The position numbers were made by a program, and so were the translations under genes. The notes under the pieces were generated by a model. The model made no database searches and was not told the DNA's origin. It was given only the letters and a program-made list of their open reading frames with translations. This document shows, in pieces, positions 44,969 through 54,944 of a DNA stretch of 64,000 bases (the first letter of the stretch is position 1; every line of letters begins with the position of its first letter). The stretch spans positions 247,706-311,705 of the forward strand of contig JAFZYY010000030.1 in NCBI GenBank assembly GCA_017616015.1. Direction: 5' to 3'. Source of the stretch: Alphaproteobacteria bacterium (GTDB taxonomy: Bacteria; Pseudomonadota; Alphaproteobacteria; CAAGCB01; CAG-977).

Positions 44969-46777
44969 TTGTTCATGACGGACTTGTCTCATATTCGTAA
45001 TTTTTCGATTGTGGCTCATATCGATCACGGTAAATCGACTTTGGCGGACAGATTGATTCAGAAATGCGGCGGATTAACCGAGCGCGAAATGAAGGATCAA
45101 ATTCTGGATTCCATGGATTTGGAACGGGAGCGCGGCATTACGATTAAAGCGCAGACGGTGCGCCTGAACTATACGGCGAAAGACGGACAGGAATATCAGT
45201 TGAATTTGATCGACACGCCGGGGCATGTCGACTTTACTTACGAAGTCAGCCGCTCTTTGGCCGCCTGCGAAGGCTCTTTATTGGTTGTAGACGCGTCGCA
45301 AGGCGTGGAAGCGCAGACTTTGGCAAATGTTTATAAAGCGTTGGACGCCAATCACGAATTGGTGACCGTGATCAATAAAATCGACTTGCCGGCGGCTCAG
45401 CCCGAAAAGGTAAAAGAACAGATTGAAGATGTAATCGGCATAGATACATCTAATGCGGTGGAAGCTTCCGCCAAAACGGGACAGGGAATTGACGAGGTGT
45501 TGGAACGTATCGTCACCGATTTGCCCGCGCCGCAGGGGGACAGCGAAGCTCCTTTGAAAGCGATGTTGGTCGATTCCTGGTACGATCCGTATCTGGGCGT
45601 GATTATTTTAGTGCGCATCAAGGACGGCGTTCTGAAAAAAGGAATGAAAATTCGCATGATGGCGAACGGCACAACGCACGAAGTCGAAAAAGTCGGCATT
45701 TTCACGCCGAAAATGAAGGATATTTCCGAACTGACCGCGGGTGAGCTCGGCTTTATCACGGCAGGCATCAAAACGGTCGGAGACACAAAAGTCGGAGATA
45801 CGATCACGGACGACAGACGGCCGGCGGCGGAACCTCTTCCGGGATTTAAACCGAGTGTGCCGGTGGTATTCTGCTCAATGTTTCCGTTGGATACGAGCTA
45901 TTACGGAAATCTGAAAGACGCTTTGGGAAAATTGCAGCTGAACGACGCCAGCTTCGAGTTTATTCCTGAGAAATCGGCGGCTTTAGGTCAGGGATTCCGC
46001 TGCGGATTCCTCGGGTTGCTGCATATGGAAATCATAGAAGAACGTCTGGAACGCGAATTTGATTTGGATCTGATTACGACGGCGCCCAGCGTGGTTTACA
46101 AAATGCACATGACGGACGGGACTTTGCTTGAGCTGCATAATCCGGCCGATTTTCCTGAGGTCACAAAGATTGATTTCATTGAAGAACCGTGGGTGAAGGC
46201 TTCTGTTTTAGTCCCGGACGAATATTTGGGCTCTGTTTTGCAACTGTGCACGGAACGTCGCGGCGTGCAAAAGGATCTGACGTACGTCGGTTCCCGGGCG
46301 ATGTTGGTTTATGAATTGCCATTGAACGAGATTGTTTTTGATTTTTATGACAGATTGAAATCCATTACGCGCGGTTACGCCAGCTTTGATTACGAAGTTG
46401 CAGGCTATCAGCAGGGCGATTTGGTCAAAGTAACGATTTTGGTGAACGGAGAAACGGTGGACGCTTTATCGTTTTTGGCGCACCGGTCGGACGCGGAACG
46501 TCGCGGCCGCCAGATTTGCGAACGGCTGAAAGTTTTAATTCCCCGTCATCAATTTAAAATTCCCATTCAGGCGGCAATCGGCGGCAAGATTATCGCACGC
46601 GAAGACATAGCGGCTTTTCGCAAGGACGTAACGTCGAAATGCTACGGCGGTGACATTACGCGTAAGCGCAAACTGCTGGAAAAGCAAAAAGAAGGCAAAA
46701 AAAGAATGCGGCAGTTCGGCAAAGTCGAAATTCCGCAGTCGGCCTTTATTTCAGCCCTGAAAATAGGGGACGATTAA
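44969..46777 (+). CDS. lepA: elongation factor 4 (LepA)
   Basis: [21 protein letters not shown]...DTPGHVDF...NKIDL GTPase motifs. 602 aa. Confidence 0.95.
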   Translation: MFMTDLSHIRNFSIVAHIDHGKSTLADRLIQKCGGLTEREMKDQILDSMDLERERGITIKAQTVRLNYTAKDGQEYQLNLIDTPGHVDFTYEVSRSLAACEGSLLVVDASQGVEAQTLANVYKALDANHELVTVINKIDLPAAQPEKVKEQIEDVIGIDTSNAVEASAKTGQGIDEVLERIVTDLPAPQGDSEAPLKAMLVDSWYDPYLGVIILVRIKDGVLKKGMKIRMMANGTTHEVEKVGIFTPKMKDISELTAGELGFITAGIKTVGDTKVGDTITDDRRPAAEPLPGFKPSVPVVFCSMFPLDTSYYGNLKDALGKLQLNDASFEFIPEKSAALGQGFRCGFLGLLHMEIIEERLEREFDLDLITTAPSVVYKMHMTDGTLLELHNPADFPEVTKIDFIEEPWVKASVLVPDEYLGSVLQLCTERRGVQKDLTYVGSRAMLVYELPLNEIVFDFYDRLKSITRGYASFDYEVAGYQQGDLVKVTILVNGETVDALSFLAHRSDAERRGRQICERLKVLIPRHQFKIPIQAAIGGKIIAREDIAAFRKDVTSKCYGGDITRKRKLLEKQKEGKKRMRQFGKVEIPQSAFISALKIGDD

Positions 46778-47343
46778 GCCTGATAAACGTAAAGTTTCTG
46801 ATCCAGAAAGAAATGATTTTTCTTTCCGGTTTCCGATTCCTGTATACAGGTAAAGTCCGGCAGTTTGAAACTTTCCGAAATAATAATGGCGCCCTTAGGC
46901 AGATCCTGACGAAGCTTTGCGGATAACTCCTGCGCGATTTCGTTACCGGTAAACAAAACAACCAGATTGATGGTCGTGTAGTCTTCCAGCATAAAATTCC
47001 GGCGTTTAATCGTGATGTTTTTGTATTTTCTGGTTTTAAATCTGGCCAAAAAATAGGGAACATAGTCCCATTCATACCCGATATAGGAATGTTGCGGATA
47101 CTTATCGGCCAAAGTCTTTAAGATACGGGCGTCTCCGCAACCCGGTTCGACGACGTTTTTATGTTCCTGCGATGACAGGACGAAATCAGCGGCATTGCTG
47201 ATTTCTTCCAACATGGCTTTTTTGGTCGGCACAAAAGGCGGGTATTTTCCCATTTTTGATCTGATAAACGAATAAATAACGTAGTATTCGAAAACAACCG
47301 CAATAACAAGTAAGACAAAAGAAAAAATACTTAAAACGGACAT
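46774..47343 (-). CDS. class I SAM-dependent methyltransferase
   Basis: [12 protein letters not shown] motif I. 189 aa. Confidence 0.7.
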   Translation of the reverse strand: MSVLSIFSFVLLVIAVVFEYYVIYSFIRSKMGKYPPFVPTKKAMLEEISNAADFVLSSQEHKNVVEPGCGDARILKTLADKYPQHSYIGYEWDYVPYFLARFKTRKYKNITIKRRNFMLEDYTTINLVVLFTGNEIAQELSAKLRQDLPKGAIIISESFKLPDFTCIQESETGKKNHFFLDQKLYVYQA

Positions 47344-47358
47344 AAGGCCTCATTACTT

Positions 47359-47634
47359 TTAAGATTTAAGAGAGAAAGAGGATTTGATTTTTTTCCGACG
47401 ACACAGAAAAATCAAAGAAATACCGACGATGCCGATGCTTAACCACGCCGGCCACAGCAAAATTTGTCCGGCGACAGTATTTGTTGATGGGGATAAGCCG
47501 GTTATGATCGTCAGAATATCCGATGTCGCAATGCTGGAATATTCTCCGGTACTCAGGGCGGCAACGGCTTCTGCCGAAGCGGTAAAAACGGCGATCAATA
47601 AAAGGCTCCAGCCGAGAAGACGTCCGAAAAACAT
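47359..47634 (-). CDS. small membrane protein
   Basis: 91 aa with 2-3 hydrophobic helices. Same strand as, and just upstream of, the methyltransferase. Confidence 0.4.
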   Translation of the reverse strand: MFFGRLLGWSLLLIAVFTASAEAVAALSTGEYSSIATSDILTIITGLSPSTNTVAGQILLWPAWLSIGIVGISLIFLCRRKKIKSSFSLKS

Positions 47635-47793
47635 GTTTAACCTACTGTTCAGTTATGTTCTCTTCGCTTAAAGGTTAGAATACATTTTTAAAAAAAAGAT
47701 TAAAGTAAAAAAGGAAAACGGCTTTTTATCGGGAAAGATAAAAAAAAGGTTGTCTTTTAATGCCGAATGGAGTATTCCTAGCCCATTGATAAA

Positions 47794-47885
47794 GGAGAGA
47801 TGTCCGAGAGGCCGAAGGAGCTTGATTGGAAATCAAGTATAGGTGTCAAAGCCTATCAAGGGTTCGAATCCCTTTCTCTCCGCCA
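47794..47885 (+). tRNA. tRNA-Ser (anticodon GGA)
   Basis: 92 nt with CCA. Acceptor ggagaga/tctctcc, long variable arm, anticodon loop uuGGAaa. Confidence 0.9.
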
Positions 47886-47894
47886 TAAAAATCA

Positions 47895-47920
47895 AACAGC
47901 CGGAAACGGCTGTTTTTTTT
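47895..47920 (+). terminator. rho-independent terminator after tRNA-Ser
   Basis: cagccg-gaaa-cggctg followed by T8. Confidence 0.8.
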
Positions 47921-47997
47921 ATTTACAGATTTCTGTTTTAATCTGATAGCTCATTAAAGAGCTTATTTCTGATTTCCGGCCGGTTTTTCAAAATTCT

Positions 47998-49359
47998 TTA
48001 AATCATTCCTTTCCGGGCCAGCTTCTTCCCGATTTTTTTCCATATCTTGTAAAGAAGTTTGTATTTGAATTTTCGCAACCCGTGCATATCGTCTATGGTT
48101 TCTTCTTTTTCTTTCGGCTTTGTCTCTTTTTTTATTTCTTTGAAAGCCGGCTGCAAAATCGTGTACGAACCTTTGGTGTCCGAAAACAGAGAAACACCAG
48201 TAATCTGTTCGATTTCCCTGAAGCGATATTCCCACCGCCAGTCCTTGTCGATAATTTCGTTGCCGGCGGCGACGATGTCCAGACGCATGTTTTCATTGTC
48301 CAGCAATTTTTTACAAACGACGCGCGCGTCGGCAGGGTGTTCGAAGAACGGTATATTGACGCCTTTAAAGTATTTCTCGATCGCCGGAGAATAACAAGAT
48401 ACGAGACACGCCGACGTCGCCATGACTTCGGGAACGCGGAAAGGAAAGGAATTCACCGTTTGCGGGTGAATGATGTTCAGGCAAATCTTTGAGCCGTTAT
48501 AAATATCTTCGTTCTCTTTTGCGGAAAAGACGCATTTCTTTTTTTTGCAGGAGGTCAGCGACGGTAAAAAATTAGACAATTCGTACCAACCGTCGTCGCC
48601 GTACAGATCCAATCCCAAATCGGCGACGGCGGACAGCGCCAGCAAACGGTCCTCTTTCGCAAAAGTTGAATAGAATTCCGGAATTTCCTTCAGACAGTCC
48701 TGAAACTCTTCGGACGGATTTATTTTTTTGATCAGGTCGGCGGAAGAAATGTCGGGTTCTTCGCGAACCGCTTTCAGAAAGTTTTTAACGTCCTTCGTTC
48801 CCGAAAATTGTTTAATCACGTTGCATATGTTTACGGGACTGCCGAAATTCGTTCCGATGAAGGAAATATTCGCTTTCTTTTCAATATCCGACGCTTTGAA
48901 AGAGGTCGCCAACCTGATATTGAATATGCGGTCGTCGGAACAGCCGAAGCGTTTTTTCGGATATTTCATTTTCGCTTCGGAAAAGCAGAAAAAGAAATAT
49001 CTGTCCAGATTTTGTTCGATATATCCCTTTTGATTCCAGAATACTTCCAAATCAGCGTCCCAGACGGCAATGTTGCAGTTCACGACTTCCAGCAGTTTGT
49101 TGTATATGGCGTTGTTGAACGTGATGACCAGATCGGGGTTGAAAGCGGAAATGTCGTTTCTCAGCTTTTCTTCGTCAAGATCCTCTTTCAACGGGTTTTC
49201 CGACTGAAACCAATAGCGCTGAAACAAGTTGGGAATATACACCAGAACTTCGTTTCCGCAGCGCGCCAATTCCGTAACGATCTGATCGTACAGATCCACC
49301 AGCTGATAAGTGTTGTTATGATATATGGCGTTTGAAACGCAAAGAAGAATTTTCGACAT
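47998..49359 (-). CDS. CgeB-like/DUF3880 glycosyltransferase family protein
   Basis: 453 aa. Family assignment is tentative, from overall resemblance. Confidence 0.5.
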   Translation of the reverse strand: MSKILLCVSNAIYHNNTYQLVDLYDQIVTELARCGNEVLVYIPNLFQRYWFQSENPLKEDLDEEKLRNDISAFNPDLVITFNNAIYNKLLEVVNCNIAVWDADLEVFWNQKGYIEQNLDRYFFFCFSEAKMKYPKKRFGCSDDRIFNIRLATSFKASDIEKKANISFIGTNFGSPVNICNVIKQFSGTKDVKNFLKAVREEPDISSADLIKKINPSEEFQDCLKEIPEFYSTFAKEDRLLALSAVADLGLDLYGDDGWYELSNFLPSLTSCKKKKCVFSAKENEDIYNGSKICLNIIHPQTVNSFPFRVPEVMATSACLVSCYSPAIEKYFKGVNIPFFEHPADARVVCKKLLDNENMRLDIVAAGNEIIDKDWRWEYRFREIEQITGVSLFSDTKGSYTILQPAFKEIKKETKPKEKEETIDDMHGLRKFKYKLLYKIWKKIGKKLARKGMI

Positions 49360-49441
49360 GATATATATTTTTCTGATTTTCTGGAAAACGATGACAAAAA
49401 AGAATATTCTTTTTATACGTGTTTTAAAAGAAAAAAAACTG

Positions 49442-49894
49442 ATGAAAAAACTTTTATTTTTATTGTTGCTGGCGCCCGTTTCCGCAGGGGCGCTTTGTCT
49501 GGAATTCTATTTTGATAAAGACGGACAAAGTCAGAGTGTGCGGTGCGGTTCGAAAATACCGGAATTGAAGTGCGGCGATCATTCTTATTGGAACGGGCAG
49601 GCATGCGAAAAAATCAAAATTATAGAAATCTGCGAAGCTCAGGACGGAAAATGGAAGCAGGCTCAGTTGCGCGTGGCTCAAATGCCGGACGCTTTTAAAT
49701 CGGGCGCATTAGCTCAAAAAAGAACGATTATTCATATGTGCGCTTGTCCGGACAAAAAAGTTTGGGACGGCAGAAAATGCCGTTCGGATATTCCGCAATT
49801 CAAGCAATGCACAACGTACATGGGGGACGGATCCGTTCGCATGACGGAAGAGTTCTTCGGTTCTGAAGATTGTCCGCGTATCTCAAGGAAATAG
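49442..49894 (+). CDS. secreted cysteine-rich hypothetical protein
   Basis: Signal peptide MKKLLFLLLLAPVSAGA, then 12 Cys. The track ORF starts upstream at 49325. Confidence 0.5.
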   Translation: MKKLLFLLLLAPVSAGALCLEFYFDKDGQSQSVRCGSKIPELKCGDHSYWNGQACEKIKIIEICEAQDGKWKQAQLRVAQMPDAFKSGALAQKRTIIHMCACPDKKVWDGRKCRSDIPQFKQCTTYMGDGSVRMTEEFFGSEDCPRISRK

Positions 49895-49921
49895 CGGATT
49901 CTTTTTTGTGGCTGATAAAAA

Positions 49922-51094
49922 ATGAAAATAGAGCGCAATATTTTACTGTTTAAACTTAACAGCTTTTTTGGGAATTTATGGCCGTTGCTGGCTTTGGCCG
50001 TTGTTTATTTTCAACAGATAACCGGTTCGTATGCCGCGGCTTTAGGGATTTTTTCCGTAACGACTGTTTCTCAAAGTCTGTCGGAAGTCCCGACCGGCGT
50101 TATTTCTGATAAAGTCGGGCGAAGATATACGCTTATTTTGTATGCCGTTTTTTCTTTGTTCGGTTTGTTTCTTTTTTCTATTGCGGGAAATTTGACGATG
50201 CCGACATTGCTTTTTGTCGGAGCGGTCAGCCGGGGCGTTGCCGATGCGTTTGAATCCGGTACCGGCGAAGCTTTGCTTTACGAAACAATGCAGGAGTTGG
50301 GTAAAGAAAACGAATACGATCTTGTTTTTTCGAGAAGCAAAATGTTCGGACAGATCGGTTTGGCGGCGAGCGCTTTAATCGCGACCGGCGTGACGTATTT
50401 TTATTCATTGAATGTTTTAGCGTGGGTTTCTTTCGGCATTTCTTTTTTTCAGTTGTTTATCGTTTTAAGTTTTGTGGAGCCCGGGATAACCGGAAAAGGG
50501 CGTCGGGTGTCGTCTCTGGAACACTTTAAAAATTCATGGAACGCTTTGATTAAGAACAAAAAATTAAGATATTTCGCGTGCATAAAAATGTTTCAGAAAG
50601 CGTGCGGCTGGACGACGTATTCTTTTGAGGGCGCTTATTTCAACGCGCTGATACCGACCTGGGCGGTAAGTGTTGTTCGCATTATTAAGCAAATAACGGG
50701 AATTATCAGCTATGCGATAGCGCCGTGTTTCAGAAAGCTCGGTTTTCTGAAAACATTAATGACTTCGAGCGCTTTGATGTTTTTAATCGACTTGACGGCT
50801 CTTGTTCTGAATACATTTGTCACGCCGTTTATCATGTCGTTTGTCAATTTGTTTCACGGTGTTTCCGAAACGGCGGGATCTGCGTTGTTTCAAAAGGAAT
50901 TCACACAGGAACAGCGCGCGACCATGGGGTCTATCGTTTCTTTAATCGGCGCTTTATTCTTAGCGGTAATGTATTGTTTTATCGGCTTTGTCGCGGATTT
51001 GTATTCGCTGTATTTTGCAATGCTTTTGCTGCTGTTGCTTAAATTTTTGACCGTGTTCGGATATTACGATTTGCTGAGAAGATTTAAAGAGTAA
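49922..51094 (+). CDS. MFS transporter
   Basis: 390 aa, about 12 predicted TM segments. Confidence 0.75.
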   Translation: MKIERNILLFKLNSFFGNLWPLLALAVVYFQQITGSYAAALGIFSVTTVSQSLSEVPTGVISDKVGRRYTLILYAVFSLFGLFLFSIAGNLTMPTLLFVGAVSRGVADAFESGTGEALLYETMQELGKENEYDLVFSRSKMFGQIGLAASALIATGVTYFYSLNVLAWVSFGISFFQLFIVLSFVEPGITGKGRRVSSLEHFKNSWNALIKNKKLRYFACIKMFQKACGWTTYSFEGAYFNALIPTWAVSVVRIIKQITGIISYAIAPCFRKLGFLKTLMTSSALMFLIDLTALVLNTFVTPFIMSFVNLFHGVSETAGSALFQKEFTQEQRATMGSIVSLIGALFLAVMYCFIGFVADLYSLYFAMLLLLLLKFLTVFGYYDLLRRFKE

Positions 51095-51156
51095 CGGCAG
51101 AAAAAATTTCCTTCCTTCCGCGCGGGGAAGGAAGGAAATAATGTTAAGAAATAAAG

Positions 51157-53835
51157 TTACTCCGCGTTCCGGCTGCTTTTATGAAGAGCCATCAATATCT
51201 TTAAGAATTCGGAAACAAAGATGACTGATGCGGACAGAGCCAGTATTTTGATCCAGATTTCTTTCGGCAGAGGTACCGTGCCGAAGATATAACCGCCATA
51301 CTGGCTGATCGCGAATTGCAACATAAAGGTAACGGCAAAAGCGACCAACATCGATTTGTTGTTAAAGAAGTTCTTAAAGATGCTTTCATGCGCCAGTTCG
51401 CGGCAGCAGAAGGCGTTCATCAGCTGGAACGAAACGAACAGAGTGAACAAAATCGTTCCTTGTTGTTCCGGAGTGCCGCCTAAAATATTGCTGGTCGTTT
51501 GCCACATGAATATGCCGGAAATGAAGATGCCGCTGAAGATAATGCGTAACAGCATTTCTTTTGTGACAATATGCGCATTGCGCGGCGTCGGTTTGTTGTT
51601 CATCAGCGAATTGCGGATAGGTTCCAAACTGAGCGTTAAAGCGGGAGGACCGTCCATAATCAGGTTCACCCACAACAACTGCAAAGCCGTAAACGGTGTC
51701 GGATAACCGGCCAGCAAAGAAATCAGAACGACGACGACCGAAGACAGGTTGACCGTCAGCTGGAATAAAATGAAGCGCTGGAAGTTTTCGTAAATGCCGC
51801 GACCCCAGTGAATAGCTTTGACAATCGTTGAAAATGAATCGTCCAGCAGAACAATATCGCTGGCTTCTTTAGAGACTTCCGTTCCGGAGATGCCCATAGC
51901 CAATCCGATGTCGGCGTTTTTGATCGCCGGAGCGTCATTAATGCCGTCGCCCGTAACGGCGACAACGCAATTCATCGCTTTCAATAATTTCACGATACGC
52001 ATTTTGATTAAAGGCGTACTGCGCGCGATAACTCTGATTTTAGGCAGAAGCTCCGTCAGTTCCTGATCGTTTAAAGCGTCTATGTCTTTCGCTTCCAAAG
52101 CGATGTGATCTTTATCCAGCAAAGACAGATCGTTAGCGATTGCTGTGGCCGTTACGATATTGTCTCCTGTCAGCATTTTAACGTCAATGCCGGCCTGACG
52201 GCAACGGCGAACGGCTTCATAAACCTCTTTGCGCAAGGGATCGGCGATGGCGGTGAATCCGTCAAAAATCAATCCGCTTTCAATTTCGGCGCGCCCTTTT
52301 TCGAAATCATCAGGGCATTTTTCTATGTTTTTATGAGCAAAACCGATAACGCGGCAGGCTTTTTCCTGGAAAGAAACGATTTGACGGGCGTACATTTCCT
52401 TTTCTTTGTCGGAAATGGAGCACATTGCCAGAATTTTTTCGGGGCTGCCTTTGGTATAGACGATATAACCGTCCGTTCCATGCACGACCGTCGTCATGTT
52501 TTTCGTGTCCGAAGAAAACGGATAAACATGTGTGTATCCGTAGCTTTTACGGGTGTTTATATAGTCCTGTCCCGCTTTGTTCGCGGCGACCAGCAAAGCG
52601 CATTCCGTCGGATTTCCGATAAAAGTGTAAGAATTGTTGTCAAACCCTATATCCGATGTGGAGTTCAGGCAGAAGTTGGTCAGCAAACTGGTATCCGTCA
52701 CGTCCTGCGGATTTTTCAAAACGCCGTGTTCGCTGACTTGCATTACGGTCATTTTGTTTTCGGTTAGGGTTCCCGTTTTATCCGAACAAATGACGTTGAT
52801 GCAGCCAATCGTTTCGCAGGCGACCATTTTTTTGACCAAAGCGTTTTCTTTGGACATTTTTATGATGTTAAGAGCCAGACAAATCGCGACGGTGGTCGGC
52901 AAACCTTCGGGGACGGCGGCGACAATCAACACAATGCTGGTAATAAAGGCTTCCGAAATATTGCTCAGATTGGCCGTTCCGTTTGATAAGAACATACCCA
53001 GCTGAATGAAAAAGGCCAAAGCGGCCATGGAAATGCCCCAAATGGCGATAATGCTTCCCAATCGCGCTAATTTTTCCTGTAACGGAGTCATGCCCGTTTC
53101 GGCGTAGGAAAGTTCTTTTGCGATTTGTCCGAATTCCGTTTCGTTGCCGACGGCGGTGACGACCATTCGTCCCGATCCGGCCGTAACAAAGGTTCCCGAA
53201 TATACCATATTCGTTCTTTCGGCCAACGGTGTTTTCGGATCGGAAAAGACGGCTTCGGCGTCTTTTTTCACGGCGTCGCTTTCACCGGTCAGAGACGCTT
53301 CTTCCACGCGCAAATCGACGCTGTCCAGCAATCGTCCGTCCGCCGGAATTTTAGCGCCGGTTCCCAGAAAAACTATATCGCCGACCACGATGTCTTTTTG
53401 ATTAATCAGGCGGACTATGCCGTTGCGCAATACTTTCGCGGGAATATCGTTTTTGATTTTATTCAGGGCTTCAAAAGCTTTCGCGCTTTTTCCTTCCATT
53501 GTCAGAGAAATGAAAACGGACAAGCCGATGGCAATGATAATGCCGACGCATTCGATATATTCCGTTTCCTCGCCGCTTATTCCGCGCGCATAGTTAACAC
53601 CGAAAGCGATAAAGGCTGCGATAACCAACATCAGAACCATGGGTTCCGTCAGATTGTCCCATATTTTTTTCAGCAGGGATTCCTGAGGCGGACGGGATAA
53701 TTGGTTTATGCCGAAGCGTACGGCGTTATCGACGGCCTGTTCTTCGGATAATCCTTTTTGTTCTGAAACGCCTAATTGATCTAAGAGTTGTTTGCGGGTC
53801 TGTAAAAAAGCGTTTGTCAAAGTGAAACCTTTCAA
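51157..53835 (-). CDS. P-type cation-transporting ATPase (P2-type, Ca2+/Mg2+ family)
   Basis: CSDKTGTLT phosphorylation motif, MLTGDN, GDGINDAPA. 892 aa. Confidence 0.9.
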   Translation of the reverse strand: MKGFTLTNAFLQTRKQLLDQLGVSEQKGLSEEQAVDNAVRFGINQLSRPPQESLLKKIWDNLTEPMVLMLVIAAFIAFGVNYARGISGEETEYIECVGIIIAIGLSVFISLTMEGKSAKAFEALNKIKNDIPAKVLRNGIVRLINQKDIVVGDIVFLGTGAKIPADGRLLDSVDLRVEEASLTGESDAVKKDAEAVFSDPKTPLAERTNMVYSGTFVTAGSGRMVVTAVGNETEFGQIAKELSYAETGMTPLQEKLARLGSIIAIWGISMAALAFFIQLGMFLSNGTANLSNISEAFITSIVLIVAAVPEGLPTTVAICLALNIIKMSKENALVKKMVACETIGCINVICSDKTGTLTENKMTVMQVSEHGVLKNPQDVTDTSLLTNFCLNSTSDIGFDNNSYTFIGNPTECALLVAANKAGQDYINTRKSYGYTHVYPFSSDTKNMTTVVHGTDGYIVYTKGSPEKILAMCSISDKEKEMYARQIVSFQEKACRVIGFAHKNIEKCPDDFEKGRAEIESGLIFDGFTAIADPLRKEVYEAVRRCRQAGIDVKMLTGDNIVTATAIANDLSLLDKDHIALEAKDIDALNDQELTELLPKIRVIARSTPLIKMRIVKLLKAMNCVVAVTGDGINDAPAIKNADIGLAMGISGTEVSKEASDIVLLDDSFSTIVKAIHWGRGIYENFQRFILFQLTVNLSSVVVVLISLLAGYPTPFTALQLLWVNLIMDGPPALTLSLEPIRNSLMNNKPTPRNAHIVTKEMLLRIIFSGIFISGIFMWQTTSNILGGTPEQQGTILFTLFVSFQLMNAFCCRELAHESIFKNFFNNKSMLVAFAVTFMLQFAISQYGGYIFGTVPLPKEIWIKILALSASVIFVSEFLKILMALHKSSRNAE

Positions 53836-54068
53836 AAATAAACACCAAATAGCGCGGTATCTCGGTTATGCACGGAGTATTCGAAAACCAGAAGCGCTCT
53901 TTTCCTAACATTTTAGCGTGAATTTATGCCTTTTCTAAACTTTTATAAATTAAAGGGCATGAGTCGGGGTGTCAAGGGAAAAAGGCTGAAGAATCGTAAT
54001 TGTTTCAATGAAAAGGAGAGGTGTTTCGGGCAAAAGTTTTTCATGAAGCCGGAGACGGAAAAAATTTT

Positions 54069-54833
54069 TTAAGCGTTTAATTTTTCTCTGACGGCTAAAA
54101 AGTCCCGCCAGGCCAACTTCTTTTGTGCCGGCGTTCTGAGCAGAAAAGCAGGGTGGAAGGACGCCATGGCCTGAACGGAAATATCGGCGTCCGTATAGGT
54201 CAGCCAACGTCCGCGCATTTTGGTTATGCCCGCGTTTGTATTCATTAACGCGGCGACGGCACTGCCGCCCAACAAAAGCAATACGCGCGGTTTGATTAAG
54301 GCGATATGGCGGCGCACGAAAGGCGTCAGCAAAGCTGTTTCGTTTTCTGAAGGCTTTCTGTTGCCGGGCGGCCGCCAGGGCAGAATGTTGGTAATATAAA
54401 CGTCGGAACGCTTTAATCCGATGGAGCCGAGCATTAAATCCAACAGATGTCCGCTCGCGCCGACAAAAGGTAGACCCTGCCTGTCTTCTTCCGCGCCGGG
54501 CGCTTCCCCGATAATCATCAGTTTCGCTTCGGGATTTCCCGCGCCGAAAACCAGATTTGCCGCAGTCGTTTTCAGCGGACAATTCAGTCCGGCGATCATG
54601 TTCCGCAATTCTTCCAGAGAAGACGCGTTTTGCGCTAAAGAAATACTTTCGTGATTTTCAATCGGGGAAGAAGGCTGTATGTCGGCAGTCCGTTCTCCGG
54701 AAAAGGCTTTTTCCGGTTGTTTCGTCTGCGCAGGCAAGGCAAATCGGTTTACGGGCGTTTCGCCGATCGTTTCGTCCGCGCCGGCCGTTACAAGCCATTG
54801 CAGTATTTTTTCATTGGACTGTTCGTTATTCAT
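54069..54833 (-). CDS. uracil-DNA glycosylase, family 4
   Basis: IIGEAPGAEEDRQGLPFVGASGHLLD motif. Confidence 0.85.
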   Translation of the reverse strand: MNNEQSNEKILQWLVTAGADETIGETPVNRFALPAQTKQPEKAFSGERTADIQPSSPIENHESISLAQNASSLEELRNMIAGLNCPLKTTAANLVFGAGNPEAKLMIIGEAPGAEEDRQGLPFVGASGHLLDLMLGSIGLKRSDVYITNILPWRPPGNRKPSENETALLTPFVRRHIALIKPRVLLLLGGSAVAALMNTNAGITKMRGRWLTYTDADISVQAMASFHPAFLLRTPAQKKLAWRDFLAVREKLNA

Positions 54834-54944
54834 AAAATTAACGTAGCATATTTTCCGACGCAGATTGAAATATTTTTAAAGAATTTTTAGAAACATAAGG
54901 ATAAACTTGATTTTTAAAAGAAAACAGAACACAATAAAAGGTCT

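Noticed and set aside
52105-53700. + strand ORFs (220 aa, 191 aa, 123 aa) inside the P-type ATPase
   Set aside because: Antisense to a gene with DKTGT, TGDN and GDGINDAP motifs.
53950-54582. 210-aa minus-strand ORF overlapping the UDG gene in another frame
   Set aside because: R-rich, low-complexity, and overlaps the family-4 UDG coding frame that carries GEAPG...PFVG motifs.
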